Shown here: positions 28,977-38,172 of the stretch, in pieces
How positions within the stretch are numbered: the first letter of the stretch is position 1
Layout: each line of letters begins with the position of its first letter
Assembly (NCBI GenBank): GCA_036676395.1
Contig: JAKFCY010000002.1
Location: 2,496,001-2,560,000, forward strand
Reading direction: 5' to 3'
Source of the DNA: Bdellovibrio sp.
GTDB lineage: Bacteria > Bdellovibrionota > Bdellovibrionia > Bdellovibrionales > Bdellovibrionaceae
DNA: 64,000 nt
Notes under the pieces: generated by a model
Told to the model about the DNA's origin: nothing
Databases searched by the model: none
Seen by the model: only the letters and a program-made list of their open reading frames with translations
Position numbers and translations under genes: made by a program

Positions 28977-30473
28977 ATGAAAATATTTTCTAAATCACTT
29001 TTACTAGCATCAATCGCACTCTCGGTTGGTTGCATGAACAACAAGCCTAGGATAGTTGAGTCAAGCCAAAAGGCTGCCGAAGCTATCGGTTGCGACAGCT
29101 TTAAAAGTAAAGTCTACGATTCGATGTATGACTACTTAGATAACGAACAAGAAGCTCCTGCCTTAGCTGATTTTTCTTCTTCCTTAAGTGAAAAAATCGA
29201 CGCGATTGTATTAGCGCAAAAAATTGATAACCCAGAAGCCGTCGCAAGTTTGAAATTAAATATTTCAGATCTATATAAAGTGTTAATTGAAAAAGCAGCT
29301 GAATTAAAACAAACAAAGACTGCAAAAGAACACTTACAAACAATTATCGAAATGGAAATGGAAGACGTTTCGACTCCAGAAAACGTTCAGCTAAATCAAG
29401 TGGCTTCAAAGTCATTTGCTAAAGTTGATCAAGCGGTAAAAGAATTAGATGTTCAATGTGGCGCCGGAACCGGCGAAACTGAAGAACCAAATGATCCAAT
29501 AACTAATGAACCCACAGAACCTACAACCGACCCAGGAACAGTCACTGATGCGCCACCAGCTGTCGGGCAAAAAAATGTTTTGGTCGGTTCACATAACGTA
29601 TTAGCAACAGCTTATCAAAGCTGTGCGGTACTAGAGATTCCAGAAGTTTCAGCTGCGACGGCTGATGTTCAAGGAATCGAACGTTACGGCACCCACACTG
29701 ATGGTGTCGGCGGGTTACGTCGCGTATCTAGCCTAAGTGCAGTCCAAAACACTCATCCTTATATTAAGGTTGCCGGTGGTTCACAGTCAGGTTGTTTCAA
29801 TGTAAGAAGTAATCCATTAATTTATGATTACGGTGGACAAGCCGCGATCTCAAATAACATCTTAGACTTTTCTAAAAACTCGGGCTCTGGAACTTCAGCA
29901 TTAGGTATCGACTGTTCGGCTTACGTGTCAGCAGCGGTTGCAGCTGGTGGCTTACGCTACAAACCAGGTGTTGAAAATAAAGCGGTTTACACGCGTCAGA
30001 ATTCATCAAAATTTATTAATGCATCAAGCTCTGGCTTTACTTGTTTTAGTAACGTAACTGCAACGCCAACAGCATCGATTAAAGCTGGTGATATCGTGGG
30101 CGTAAGTGGTCACGTGGTGATCGTTGATAAAGTGGGCGCTGATCCATTCGGATTAAAACGTTTAACATCAGCGACGCAGTGTAATTCATTGTCTACGACT
30201 TACTGGGATTTCATCGTCAGCCAAAGTTCGCCGTCAAAAGGTGGAATCGGTCTTAACAGATACATCGCAAAAGATTACTTACGTGAATCGACTAAAATGA
30301 TGACAGCATTTATGGGTATCGCTAAAGCCTCTTGCCAAGCTTACTTTGGTGGCAAAAATGTAGCTACGCCTAGCTCGTCTTACGGCATTTTACGTCATAA
30401 AGGCACAGCAGAATGTTTATCGCCAAAAATTCAGATGGCATATCAAAGTTGCGTTAGCACGTGTATGAAGTAA
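28977..30473 (+). CDS. lipoprotein with helical N-domain, Pro/Thr/Glu linker and NlpC/P60/CHAP-like C-domain
   Basis: Lipobox SVGC; YDYGG, GIDCSAYV, KAGDIV, GHVVIV; AGAGG RBS. Confidence 0.7.
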   Translation: MKIFSKSLLLASIALSVGCMNNKPRIVESSQKAAEAIGCDSFKSKVYDSMYDYLDNEQEAPALADFSSSLSEKIDAIVLAQKIDNPEAVASLKLNISDLYKVLIEKAAELKQTKTAKEHLQTIIEMEMEDVSTPENVQLNQVASKSFAKVDQAVKELDVQCGAGTGETEEPNDPITNEPTEPTTDPGTVTDAPPAVGQKNVLVGSHNVLATAYQSCAVLEIPEVSAATADVQGIERYGTHTDGVGGLRRVSSLSAVQNTHPYIKVAGGSQSGCFNVRSNPLIYDYGGQAAISNNILDFSKNSGSGTSALGIDCSAYVSAAVAAGGLRYKPGVENKAVYTRQNSSKFINASSSGFTCFSNVTATPTASIKAGDIVGVSGHVVIVDKVGADPFGLKRLTSATQCNSLSTTYWDFIVSQSSPSKGGIGLNRYIAKDYLRESTKMMTAFMGIAKASCQAYFGGKNVATPSSSYGILRHKGTAECLSPKIQMAYQSCVSTCMK

Positions 30474-30482
30474 TATATAAGA

Positions 30483-31490
30483 ATGTCTGAACAGCATTCT
30501 AAAATTTTCGATCTTATCCATCAGCCAGAGTTGAAAACCTTAACTCTGGCTGATTTCATTAAAACACTATCAGACTATTTCGTAAATAATCCCGATGACC
30601 TGACCCCGTGGGATAAAGAGTACTGCCAAAAAGCTTACCGTTATTATTATTTACCGCTGAATTACATCAGAAATGAAAATGTGATTCGTCGTGGCCTTGA
30701 AGTTGATTTTTTCAAAGACATTCAATCTACGGTGGATTGGGGCACAGGCCCGGGCACTGCAAGTTTAGCTTTGTCGCAAACGCTGCCGCAAAGTTTAAAG
30801 AAGCAAATTCTGATCGATCAATCCCCTGTCGCTTTAAAAAACTTTACTGATTTAAAACAGTATTTAAAAAATCCAGAATATTCGAACGAATTAAAATTAA
30901 AAAACCTAGATGTTGATTATAGAAATTCATTATTAGTTTTTTCGTACAGTTTAACCGAGATGCAAGAACTTCCGAATGGTTTTTATGATTTTGATTCGAT
31001 TATGATATTAGAACCATCGACCCAAGATGATGGCCGAAAGCTTTCTGAGCTTCGCCAGAAATTGATCGATCGTGGTTATTACAGCTGGGCCCCCTGCACG
31101 CATCAAGCTGCTTGCCCCCTACTAACACAATCAAAAACTGATTGGTGTCATGATAGATATCACGTGCAAGCGCCAGAATGGTTTTGGGAAACTGAAAAAC
31201 ATTTGCCGTTTAAAAACAAAACGATCACGACTAGTTATTTATTAGCTAAAAAAACTCCGCCGCCAGAAAAAATTAAAAGCATGGCGCGTACCGTGGGTGA
31301 TTCGTTAAATGAAAAAGGCAAAACCAGACAACTGGTTTGCAGATCGACCGAACGCGAATTTTTGGCGTGGATGCATAAAGCAAAAAACGAGCAAACGATT
31401 CCACGTGGTGAATTGATTACGATTCCTGATGATGCCGAGAAAAAATCGAACGAACTTCGTATTAAATCTAAAGTTACGAAGCTTTTTTGA
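30483..31490 (+). CDS. Rsm22/METTL17-like SAM-dependent methyltransferase
   Basis: AY..YYLP.N, DWGTGPGTAS, ILEP, APCTHQAACPL, DWCH. Confidence 0.8.
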   Translation: MSEQHSKIFDLIHQPELKTLTLADFIKTLSDYFVNNPDDLTPWDKEYCQKAYRYYYLPLNYIRNENVIRRGLEVDFFKDIQSTVDWGTGPGTASLALSQTLPQSLKKQILIDQSPVALKNFTDLKQYLKNPEYSNELKLKNLDVDYRNSLLVFSYSLTEMQELPNGFYDFDSIMILEPSTQDDGRKLSELRQKLIDRGYYSWAPCTHQAACPLLTQSKTDWCHDRYHVQAPEWFWETEKHLPFKNKTITTSYLLAKKTPPPEKIKSMARTVGDSLNEKGKTRQLVCRSTEREFLAWMHKAKNEQTIPRGELITIPDDAEKKSNELRIKSKVTKLF

Positions 31491-31785
31491 TAATCACTTC
31501 ATATTTTAAATTTGCTGCGCGGAACAAATCTCGTATAGCTAGCATCACAAAATATTCTTCAGGCCATTGTAAAAGTTTTGCAAATCGAGCAGCACGCTCA
31601 ACACTAACTAACTTTCGGCCTTTTTCGATATCGCATAGATTTGCTTTCGAGATTTTTAGTTTTTTGGCAAAGTCTACTTGAGAAATTTCATCTGCCATGC
31701 GGTTGGAACGCAAGCACATCGCCATTGTCATGACACCATGTTTTTTTTGTAAATCTTCAAGCCCATATTTTCTTTTAGTACTCAT
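31474..31785 (-). CDS. XRE-family HTH antitoxin (HigA-like)
   Basis: ISQVDFAKKLKISKANLCDIEKGRKLVSVERAA HTH; start overlaps the stop of the upstream toxin remnant. Confidence 0.85.
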   Translation of the reverse strand: MSTKRKYGLEDLQKKHGVMTMAMCLRSNRMADEISQVDFAKKLKISKANLCDIEKGRKLVSVERAARFAKLLQWPEEYFVMLAIRDLFRAANLKYEVIIKKAS

Positions 31786-31931
31786 GCTTATTTACCTCTA
31801 TAACCTGAATGACTCTTAGCTCACCATTTTCAACTTCAAAATAAATCGCTCGATAGGCTTTGTTCGGGCAGCCTATCAAGTTGCTTACCAACTCGATCAG
31901 ACCAATTAACTTGATCTCCAAAGTACTCCAT
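31775..31931 (-). pseudogene. RelE/HigB-like toxin remnant with internal deletion and frameshift
   Basis: One frame gives (MEYFG)DQVNWSDRVGKQLDRLPE; another gives NKAYRAIYFEVENGELRVIQVIEVNKHEY*. These resemble the two ends of a RelE-fold toxin; the middle is absent. Confidence 0.7.
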
Positions 31932-31948
31932 TGTGGAGTACTTTTCAA
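31919..31948 (-). promoter_or_regulatory. TA operon promoter with overlapping palindromic operator
   Basis: AAAGTACTCCA-TTG-TGGAGTACTTT (31920-31944); minus strand reads TTGAAA-N17-TACTTT. Confidence 0.75.
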
Positions 31949-32048
31949 CTAGCTTATTTTTACGACTGATTTTTCCCATACGAAGGCCCTTGCAAAGCGC
32001 TAATCATGATAAGAACGAATATATAGGTTTAAAAATTCGAGAGACGAA

Positions 32049-32201
32049 TTAGTCTTTGTGAGTTTTAATTTTTTGCTCCGCTGGTTCAGCTTGTGGCCCG
32101 CGTAAAAACAGATAAATAAAGACGCCGCCTAAGGCTAAGACAAAAAATAAAACGATACCTAAAGAGATTGTCGCAAATGACAGAAAATGACCGTCGTCCA
32201 T
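32049..32201 (-). CDS. small single-pass membrane protein (50 aa)
   Basis: Hydrophobic ISLGIVLFFVLALGGVFIYLFL then a charged tail; TATGAT-N6-ATG upstream. Confidence 0.6.
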   Translation of the reverse strand: MDDGHFLSFATISLGIVLFFVLALGGVFIYLFLRGPQAEPAEQKIKTHKD

Positions 32202-32261
32202 ACCCGCATCATAAGTGAAAAAACTTGATTCGACGAGGCCTAACATTGTACGTTCTGACCC

Positions 32262-33347
32262 ATGTCACAAAAAACTCCACTTTATGCAGATCATGTAAAA
32301 TTAAACGCTCGTATTGTCGACTTTGCTGGCTGGGAAATGCCCGTTCAGTACACTAGTCTTAAAGAAGAGCACACAGCTTGCCGCACACACATCGGTTTGT
32401 TTGATGTTTCACACATGGGTGAGATTCGCTTCAAAGGCCCCAAGGCTGTTGAATCTCTTCAATGGTTAACGACGAACGATGTAACGAAACTAGAGCCAGG
32501 ACAAGCGCACTACAGCTTATTACCCAATGATCAGGGCGGCCTTGTAGATGACATCTTTGTTTATTGTTTAGAAAAAAACGCTGACTACTTAGTTTGCGTA
32601 AATGCTTCAAACATCGAAAAAGATTTCGCGTGGATGACTAAAAATAATAAAGCTGGCGCTGATATCACGAATGAATCTTCGCAATGGGGACAAATCGCCA
32701 TTCAAGGACCAAAAGCTTTAGAATTATGTGATGCAATTTTTCCAGAGATGAAACCAAGCACTTGGGCTCGTAACGAAATTAAAAAATCCAAATTTCAAAA
32801 CTTCAACGTGATGATCGCAACAACGGGTTACACGGGCGAAGCCGGTTGTGAAGTTTTCGTTGAAGCTGCAGGAACTTCTGCCTTATGGAATGCATTGATG
32901 GAGCATCCGCTAAAACCAGTTCCAGTCGGTTTGGGCGCGCGTGATTCTTTGCGCACTGAAATGAAATACTCTCTTTACGGTCACGAGATCGATGACACGA
33001 CAAACCCTTACGAAGCACTTTTAGGTTGGGTGATTAAGCCGCAAGCTAAAGACTTTATGAACAAGGCGCAAATCGTTGCGGCTAAAGAACAAGGCCTTAA
33101 ACGTAAATTGATCGGCTATAAGACTTTAGAGCGCGGAATTCCTCGTCAAGGTTATGAGATTAAAAATGCAGCAGGTGAAGTCATCGGAATCACTACCAGC
33201 GGCACCCATTCACCGACTCTTGATGAACCGATCGGCATTGCCTACGTTGCAACTGCGCATTCGGCAGAAGGCTCTGAGATTTTCGTAGACATTCGTGGAA
33301 AGCTTGTTAAATCTGTCGTTGTTAAAACACCTTTCGTTCAAAAGTAA
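32262..33347 (+). CDS. gcvT: glycine cleavage aminomethyltransferase T
   Basis: FAGWEMPVQY, GLFDVSHMGE, TGYTGE, GLGARDSLRTE. Confidence 0.96.
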   Translation: MSQKTPLYADHVKLNARIVDFAGWEMPVQYTSLKEEHTACRTHIGLFDVSHMGEIRFKGPKAVESLQWLTTNDVTKLEPGQAHYSLLPNDQGGLVDDIFVYCLEKNADYLVCVNASNIEKDFAWMTKNNKAGADITNESSQWGQIAIQGPKALELCDAIFPEMKPSTWARNEIKKSKFQNFNVMIATTGYTGEAGCEVFVEAAGTSALWNALMEHPLKPVPVGLGARDSLRTEMKYSLYGHEIDDTTNPYEALLGWVIKPQAKDFMNKAQIVAAKEQGLKRKLIGYKTLERGIPRQGYEIKNAAGEVIGITTSGTHSPTLDEPIGIAYVATAHSAEGSEIFVDIRGKLVKSVVVKTPFVQK

Positions 33348-33376
33348 CCGTCAAAGACGGATAAATAGGAGCTATC

Positions 33377-33769
33377 ATGGCTACATTTCATATTCCTGAA
33401 GATTTTTATTACACAAAAGACCACGAGTGGGCTCAGGTTGACGAAAATATCGTAACTGTAGGTGTTACTGAATTCGCCCAAGACCAATTAGGCGAAATCG
33501 TTTACGTTGATCTTCCAGAAGAAGGACAAAAAGTAACGCAAAACCAAGCTTTCGGTGTTGTAGAATCAGTTAAAGCTGTTTCTGACTTATTTGCCCCAGT
33601 TTCGGGCACAGTTATCGAAGTCAACTCGGCTTTATTAGACGATCCTGCTTCTTTAAACGACGACCCAAACAACTTAGGTTGGTTAGTACGCATCGAAATG
33701 GACTCTGAAAAAGAATTAGCGGCTTTAATGCGCGCCCCTGATTACAAAAAGTTAATCAGCGATAAATAA
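33377..33769 (+). CDS. gcvH: glycine cleavage H protein
   Basis: YTKDHEW, VESVKAVSDL lipoyl-Lys motif. Confidence 0.96.
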   Translation: MATFHIPEDFYYTKDHEWAQVDENIVTVGVTEFAQDQLGEIVYVDLPEEGQKVTQNQAFGVVESVKAVSDLFAPVSGTVIEVNSALLDDPASLNDDPNNLGWLVRIEMDSEKELAALMRAPDYKKLISDK

Positions 33770-33821
33770 TTATTGTTTTTTTAAATAAGGACGGTTAATT
33801 TGACCGTCTGTTTACGTCTGT

Positions 33822-33906
33822 GCCCAGTTGGTGGAATTGGCAGACACACTAGGCTTAGAACCTAGCGCCGCGAGGCATGGGGGTTCGACTCCCTCACTGG
33901 GCACCA
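33822..33906 (+). tRNA. tRNA-Leu(TAG)
   Basis: GCCCAGT/ACTGGGC acceptor stem, TGGCAGAC D-loop, CTAGG-cTTAGAa-CCTAG anticodon arm, long variable arm, GGTTCGACTCC, encoded CCA. Confidence 0.96.
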
Positions 33907-33932
33907 TTTTCTTTCTTTTCTTCTTTAAATCA

Positions 33933-34493
33933 ATGAACACATTATACTGGATCGAAGAACTACTCCCGAATGAAGTCATTTCAAAAAAAATGCCTAGCGG
34001 AGTCGGTTATTACTTAGAAGATAAGTTCATTCTTTTCTTAAGCGAAGACAGCAAAACCACTCTACATAAAGGCATCACCTACCCGTTTCAGCTTTTTTAC
34101 GGCATATTCTTTCCGATCGTAAAATTAAAGCACAACGCGGTGATCGCCAAATTTTCGTTTCTAGAAAATCATCCCGTAAAAAAAGAATGGCTTTATTTAC
34201 CGGCCGAAAATGAAAACTTTGAAGACGAAGCTAAACTTGTGCTTCGCGAAGTTTTAAAAAAGAATCCACTATTTGGAATTCCAGTTAAAGAAACTGCCGC
34301 AGAAAAGCGGGCGCGCGAAAACTCTGATGAAATTTCTGATCCACGCAAACCAAGTTTATTTAATACCGATGCTCCGAAGGCTTCTGTGAAAAAAGCACCG
34401 AAGCCAGCACCACGAAGAAAAACAAAAAAATCAAAACCCAGCAAAAAAGACGAGAACGCTTTTTTATTATCACTGACTAAACGTAAAAATTAA
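33933..34493 (+). CDS. hypothetical protein with TfoX-N-like domain and Lys-rich tail
   Basis: KKMPSGVGYYLEDK, HPVKKEWLYLP; true start placed after the tRNA. Confidence 0.6.
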   Translation: MNTLYWIEELLPNEVISKKMPSGVGYYLEDKFILFLSEDSKTTLHKGITYPFQLFYGIFFPIVKLKHNAVIAKFSFLENHPVKKEWLYLPAENENFEDEAKLVLREVLKKNPLFGIPVKETAAEKRARENSDEISDPRKPSLFNTDAPKASVKKAPKPAPRRKTKKSKPSKKDENAFLLSLTKRKN

Positions 34494-35341
34494 TCACAGC
34501 TATGGGTTGCAGGGTGACCTGTCTTAATCACTGCGCGGCATACAGCTTTACTGTCTTTACCGCGGATAAATAAAAACTCAGAGGTATCTGCTGCAAATAC
34601 TTTACTTGTTGCATCCTGCATAACCCAATAAGGCTGGCCATCTAGATGCACAGCCGTTTTCACGGCTACACCTTGTTGTACATTATTCACCGGCGTTTCA
34701 TTACGAGGTGACTGCGTGCAACCAGAAATAATCACTGGCAAAGAATCAAAATGCATCAGGCTGGTGATATGATCGTGCCCCAAAATTAGAGCGGTAATTT
34801 TACTGCGGTATTCTTTTAAAATCGGACGAATCTTTACTTGAAAATCTTTTTTCTCGGTCCATTTATGTGAAGCCACTGTAAACGTTGGATGATGATAAAC
34901 TAAAAAAATTTGTTGCGCTTGTGAGTTTTGCAAATGCGATTTTAGCCAACTCATTTGCGCATCGACATTACGAGTGTTATCAGAATTTAAAACTAAATAC
35001 AAAACATCGCCACCGGCATAATCTTTAGCGAAATATTCGCCAGGCATTTGAAAAAATTTAATTTCGGCCTGATAACTTTCGTTATGGTTACCTATCGCGA
35101 TCACATCAAAGGTAAATCCGGCTTTTTTCCAAGCGCCCCATTGTTGCTCGTAAGTGCCCTCGTAAAGGTTATCACCGGGCATTATTATCTTTTTAACACC
35201 GAGCTTATTCATGGAATTTAACAGCATTTGTGTATTGTTATTCCAGCGGCCTGCGTCTCCTATGATCGAGAACTGCAGCGGCGCAGAGGCATAAAGATTA
35301 ATGGTCACGAAATACGAGAAAATAAATGCAGCTAATCTCAT
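34490..35341 (-). CDS. secreted calcineurin-like metallophosphoesterase
   Basis: IGDAG, GDNLY, GNHN, HHP, GHDH; signal peptide. Confidence 0.88.
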   Translation of the reverse strand: MRLAAFIFSYFVTINLYASAPLQFSIIGDAGRWNNNTQMLLNSMNKLGVKKIIMPGDNLYEGTYEQQWGAWKKAGFTFDVIAIGNHNESYQAEIKFFQMPGEYFAKDYAGGDVLYLVLNSDNTRNVDAQMSWLKSHLQNSQAQQIFLVYHHPTFTVASHKWTEKKDFQVKIRPILKEYRSKITALILGHDHITSLMHFDSLPVIISGCTQSPRNETPVNNVQQGVAVKTAVHLDGQPYWVMQDATSKVFAADTSEFLFIRGKDSKAVCRAVIKTGHPATHSCD

Positions 35342-35481
35342 TCTTACAACCCTTCCATGGTCTAGATGTAAGACTATTAACTAACGCTAATTTCGATTTA
35401 ACAAAGAAAAGCAATGCAAAGGTCTAGCCCCAGCCTGATCTTGTTTAAACGCTGACAATTTGCTGAATATTTCTTAACGAA

Positions 35482-36552
35482 CTATTTTAATTTCTCGATC
35501 CAGTTTAAGGAATCGGCTTTATAACCGTACTGGATATCCGTTAGCTCTTGATAAAGTTTTGTAGTTACATCGCCCATTTGACCGTTGTTGATTTTCACTT
35601 GCCAGTTTTTTGCAGCAAGTTCACCCACCGGAGAAATTACGGCAGCAGTTCCTGTACCGAAAGCTTCAACTAATGATCCGTTGTTGGCGCCGTCGCGAAT
35701 TTCCTGGATTTTAATTTTGCGTTCAACAATCGGAAGATTCCACTGTTTTAATACTTGGATCACTGAATCACGCATGCCACCAGCTAAGATCGTTCCATCT
35801 AATGAAGGTGTGACGATTTCGTTTTTGAAAACGAAAAATACATTCATGGTTCCCACTTCTTCAACATAAGTGCGAGTCGTGTCTAACCATAGAACTTGTG
35901 AATAATCTTTTTTCTTTGCTTCGTACGCCGCTTTTAAGCTTGATGCGTAGTTCGCAGCAGCTTTGGTATTACCCAAGCCACCCGGGCATGCGCGTGAGTA
36001 ATCTTCTTCAACCCAGATCGATACCGGAGATAAACCAGATTTATAGTATGCACCCACCGGAGATAAAATGACGAAGTAAATATATTCGCGCGATGGGCGA
36101 ACACCCAAGAAGCCTTCGCTACCGATTAAGGTTGGACGAATATAAAGCGCAGAACCTTTGTTTTCAGGAATCCACGATTGATCGATTTTAACTAATTCAC
36201 GAATACCTTGTAAGAATAATTCTTTCGGCGGAGCCACCATGCACAGACGTTCAGCGCCTTGGCACATGCGATTCCAGTTATATTCCATGCGAAATAACGC
36301 TACGTCGCCATTTTGCTGGCGAAATGCCTTCATGCCTTCAAAAAGAGCTTGCCCGTAATGCAGCACACTTGCTGCGGGATCCAATGGCAATGGCCCATAA
36401 GGAGTAATTTTGGATTCGTACCAGCCCTTATCATCGCTATATTTCGCCACAAACATATGATCTGTAAAATATTGGCCAAAACCTAAATTATTAACGTCGG
36501 GTTTCGCAAGAGGTTGCGTCGTTTTTGTGACTGAAATTGGGGCTAAATTCAT
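35482..36552 (-). CDS. ilvE: branched-chain amino acid aminotransferase
   Basis: LHYGQALFEGMKA, LYIRP, KAAANY, EEVGTMN, FGTGTAAVI. Confidence 0.95.
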   Translation of the reverse strand: MNLAPISVTKTTQPLAKPDVNNLGFGQYFTDHMFVAKYSDDKGWYESKITPYGPLPLDPAASVLHYGQALFEGMKAFRQQNGDVALFRMEYNWNRMCQGAERLCMVAPPKELFLQGIRELVKIDQSWIPENKGSALYIRPTLIGSEGFLGVRPSREYIYFVILSPVGAYYKSGLSPVSIWVEEDYSRACPGGLGNTKAAANYASSLKAAYEAKKKDYSQVLWLDTTRTYVEEVGTMNVFFVFKNEIVTPSLDGTILAGGMRDSVIQVLKQWNLPIVERKIKIQEIRDGANNGSLVEAFGTGTAAVISPVGELAAKNWQVKINNGQMGDVTTKLYQELTDIQYGYKADSLNWIEKLK

Positions 36553-36634
36553 GGGCGTAATTAACCACACCACTGCTTGCCTTGACAAGAATTTTTATCC
36601 CCGTTGAAATGGTTATCTGTACGAGAGGAACCCC

Positions 36635-37117
36635 ATGCGTATTACATTGATTGCCCTATTGTTTGCTTTACCAGCAGTTGCACCTTTAGCACATGCCCTA
36701 GATAAACCTCAAACAATTGAATGCCCATTGAAAATGACTGTTAGCTTTAAACCTGAAAAAAATATCCCAACATTTCAATTTCGTGATTTCGAAACAGACA
36801 CTATTGAGTTCGTGTCTTTAGCGATGTTTGATCAAGATCCGAAAAAAAAGATGCAGTTAAAGCCTGATAACGGCGATGGCCCACAACCACACACCTGGAC
36901 GATTAAACCCGCAGAAGAAAAAAAAGACGATGGCACACCCGCTTGGCAAAACACGACCAGCGAAAAGCCAAAAGCAATTATTCCATGGTTAGTTTGTTAT
37001 TACGGCAAAAACAGCAAACAAATCTTCGTTAAACGTTTTGCAAAAGTTCCACAATCTTGCACAACACAAGCTGCAAAAACGAATTCAAAAGTTTTTAACA
37101 CTGTTGTCTGCCGATAA
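36635..37117 (+). CDS. secreted Cys-containing protein, STY0301/Tai2-like pattern
   Basis: Signal peptide AHA|L; ECP..FDQDP..LKPD..W..WLVCYY..PQSC..VC; GAGG RBS. Confidence 0.5.
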   Translation: MRITLIALLFALPAVAPLAHALDKPQTIECPLKMTVSFKPEKNIPTFQFRDFETDTIEFVSLAMFDQDPKKKMQLKPDNGDGPQPHTWTIKPAEEKKDDGTPAWQNTTSEKPKAIIPWLVCYYGKNSKQIFVKRFAKVPQSCTTQAAKTNSKVFNTVVCR

Positions 37118-38172
37118 TGTTAGAAATCATCGTTGTCGCATTTAGTATTTTTGCTAACGCCGTTTTATCTGGTCTTGAGATGGCGTTTGTTACTGTTTCA
37201 AAAGCACATTTAAAAAAATTAGCTGTTGAAGGATCTACTTCTGCCGCCCGTGTTTTAAAATTAAAATCAAATCCTGAACGCACCCTTTCAGTTTTACAAG
37301 TCGGCATCACTTTAGTGGGAGCCATTTCAGCAGCCGTTACGGGAGCCAGTGCCGAAGAGCATTTAAGCCCATGGATCATGTTACGTTTTGCTTTAAGTGA
37401 AGAAGTCGCTGAATCAATCAGTATCGTAGCCGTTGTGCTTCCATTAACTTATGTGAGTGTTGTGATCGGTGAATTAGTTCCTAAATCAATCGCCTTAAGA
37501 TTTCCGGTCAAGTTAGCCTTAGCGGGCGGCTTATTACTTATGGTCATGGATCGTTTCTTTGCACCATTTGTTGCGATCTTTGAATACTCAACAAAATTTA
37601 TCACGCGGATTTTATTCGCCAAAATCTCAACGAAAGAAAATGTCGATACGACTCAAGAAGTTGATCTGGATAATTTAAATGAAACTCATAAGCAGTACGT
37701 TTTTAACCTGATTGGCATCGACAAGCGCCGGGTGAAAGATGTTATGGTGCCTTGGGATCAAGTCACTACACTACAGATTAACGAACATGCGCATGATGTT
37801 TTAACAAAAATCAGAACCCAAATGTTCACCCGCTTTCCGGTCCTTAATGATGGTAAAATCGAAGGTATTTTATATATTAAAGATTTTATTGCCGAACCTG
37901 AAATGACGCTGCTTGATTGGACAAAACTTATCCGCAAAGTTGAATATTTATCCCCGAATGAGCCCATCGTTAATGCTTTAAAGAAACTGCAGCAGCGAAA
38001 AAGTCATATGGGAATTTGCCGTTCTGGTGAAAAAGTTTTAGGCATTATTACACTTGAAGATATTTTCGAAGAATTCATCGGCGATATTTACGACGAATCT
38101 GATGAAACCCAAACTTTATTATCAAGCACTTCAAAGATCAGAAATCAGAATTTTAGAACCAATGACAAATGA
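37117..38172 (+). CDS. CNNM/hemolysin-family (DUF21 + CBS) membrane protein
   Basis: SGLEMA, QVGITL, GELVPKSIA, CBS pair, GIITLEDIFEEFIGDIYDE. Confidence 0.9.
   Translation: MLEIIVVAFSIFANAVLSGLEMAFVTVSKAHLKKLAVEGSTSAARVLKLKSNPERTLSVLQVGITLVGAISAAVTGASAEEHLSPWIMLRFALSEEVAESISIVAVVLPLTYVSVVIGELVPKSIALRFPVKLALAGGLLLMVMDRFFAPFVAIFEYSTKFITRILFAKISTKENVDTTQEVDLDNLNETHKQYVFNLIGIDKRRVKDVMVPWDQVTTLQINEHAHDVLTKIRTQMFTRFPVLNDGKIEGILYIKDFIAEPEMTLLDWTKLIRKVEYLSPNEPIVNALKKLQQRKSHMGICRSGEKVLGIITLEDIFEEFIGDIYDESDETQTLLSSTSKIRNQNFRTNDK

Noticed and set aside
33828..33932. N-terminal 35 aa of the 221-aa ORF
   Set aside because: Translates through tRNA-Leu; the real start is most likely ATG 33933
33822..35400. 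tRNA-Leu as an integration site for an island
   Set aside because: No integrase, and I saw no duplicated tRNA 3' end in the window
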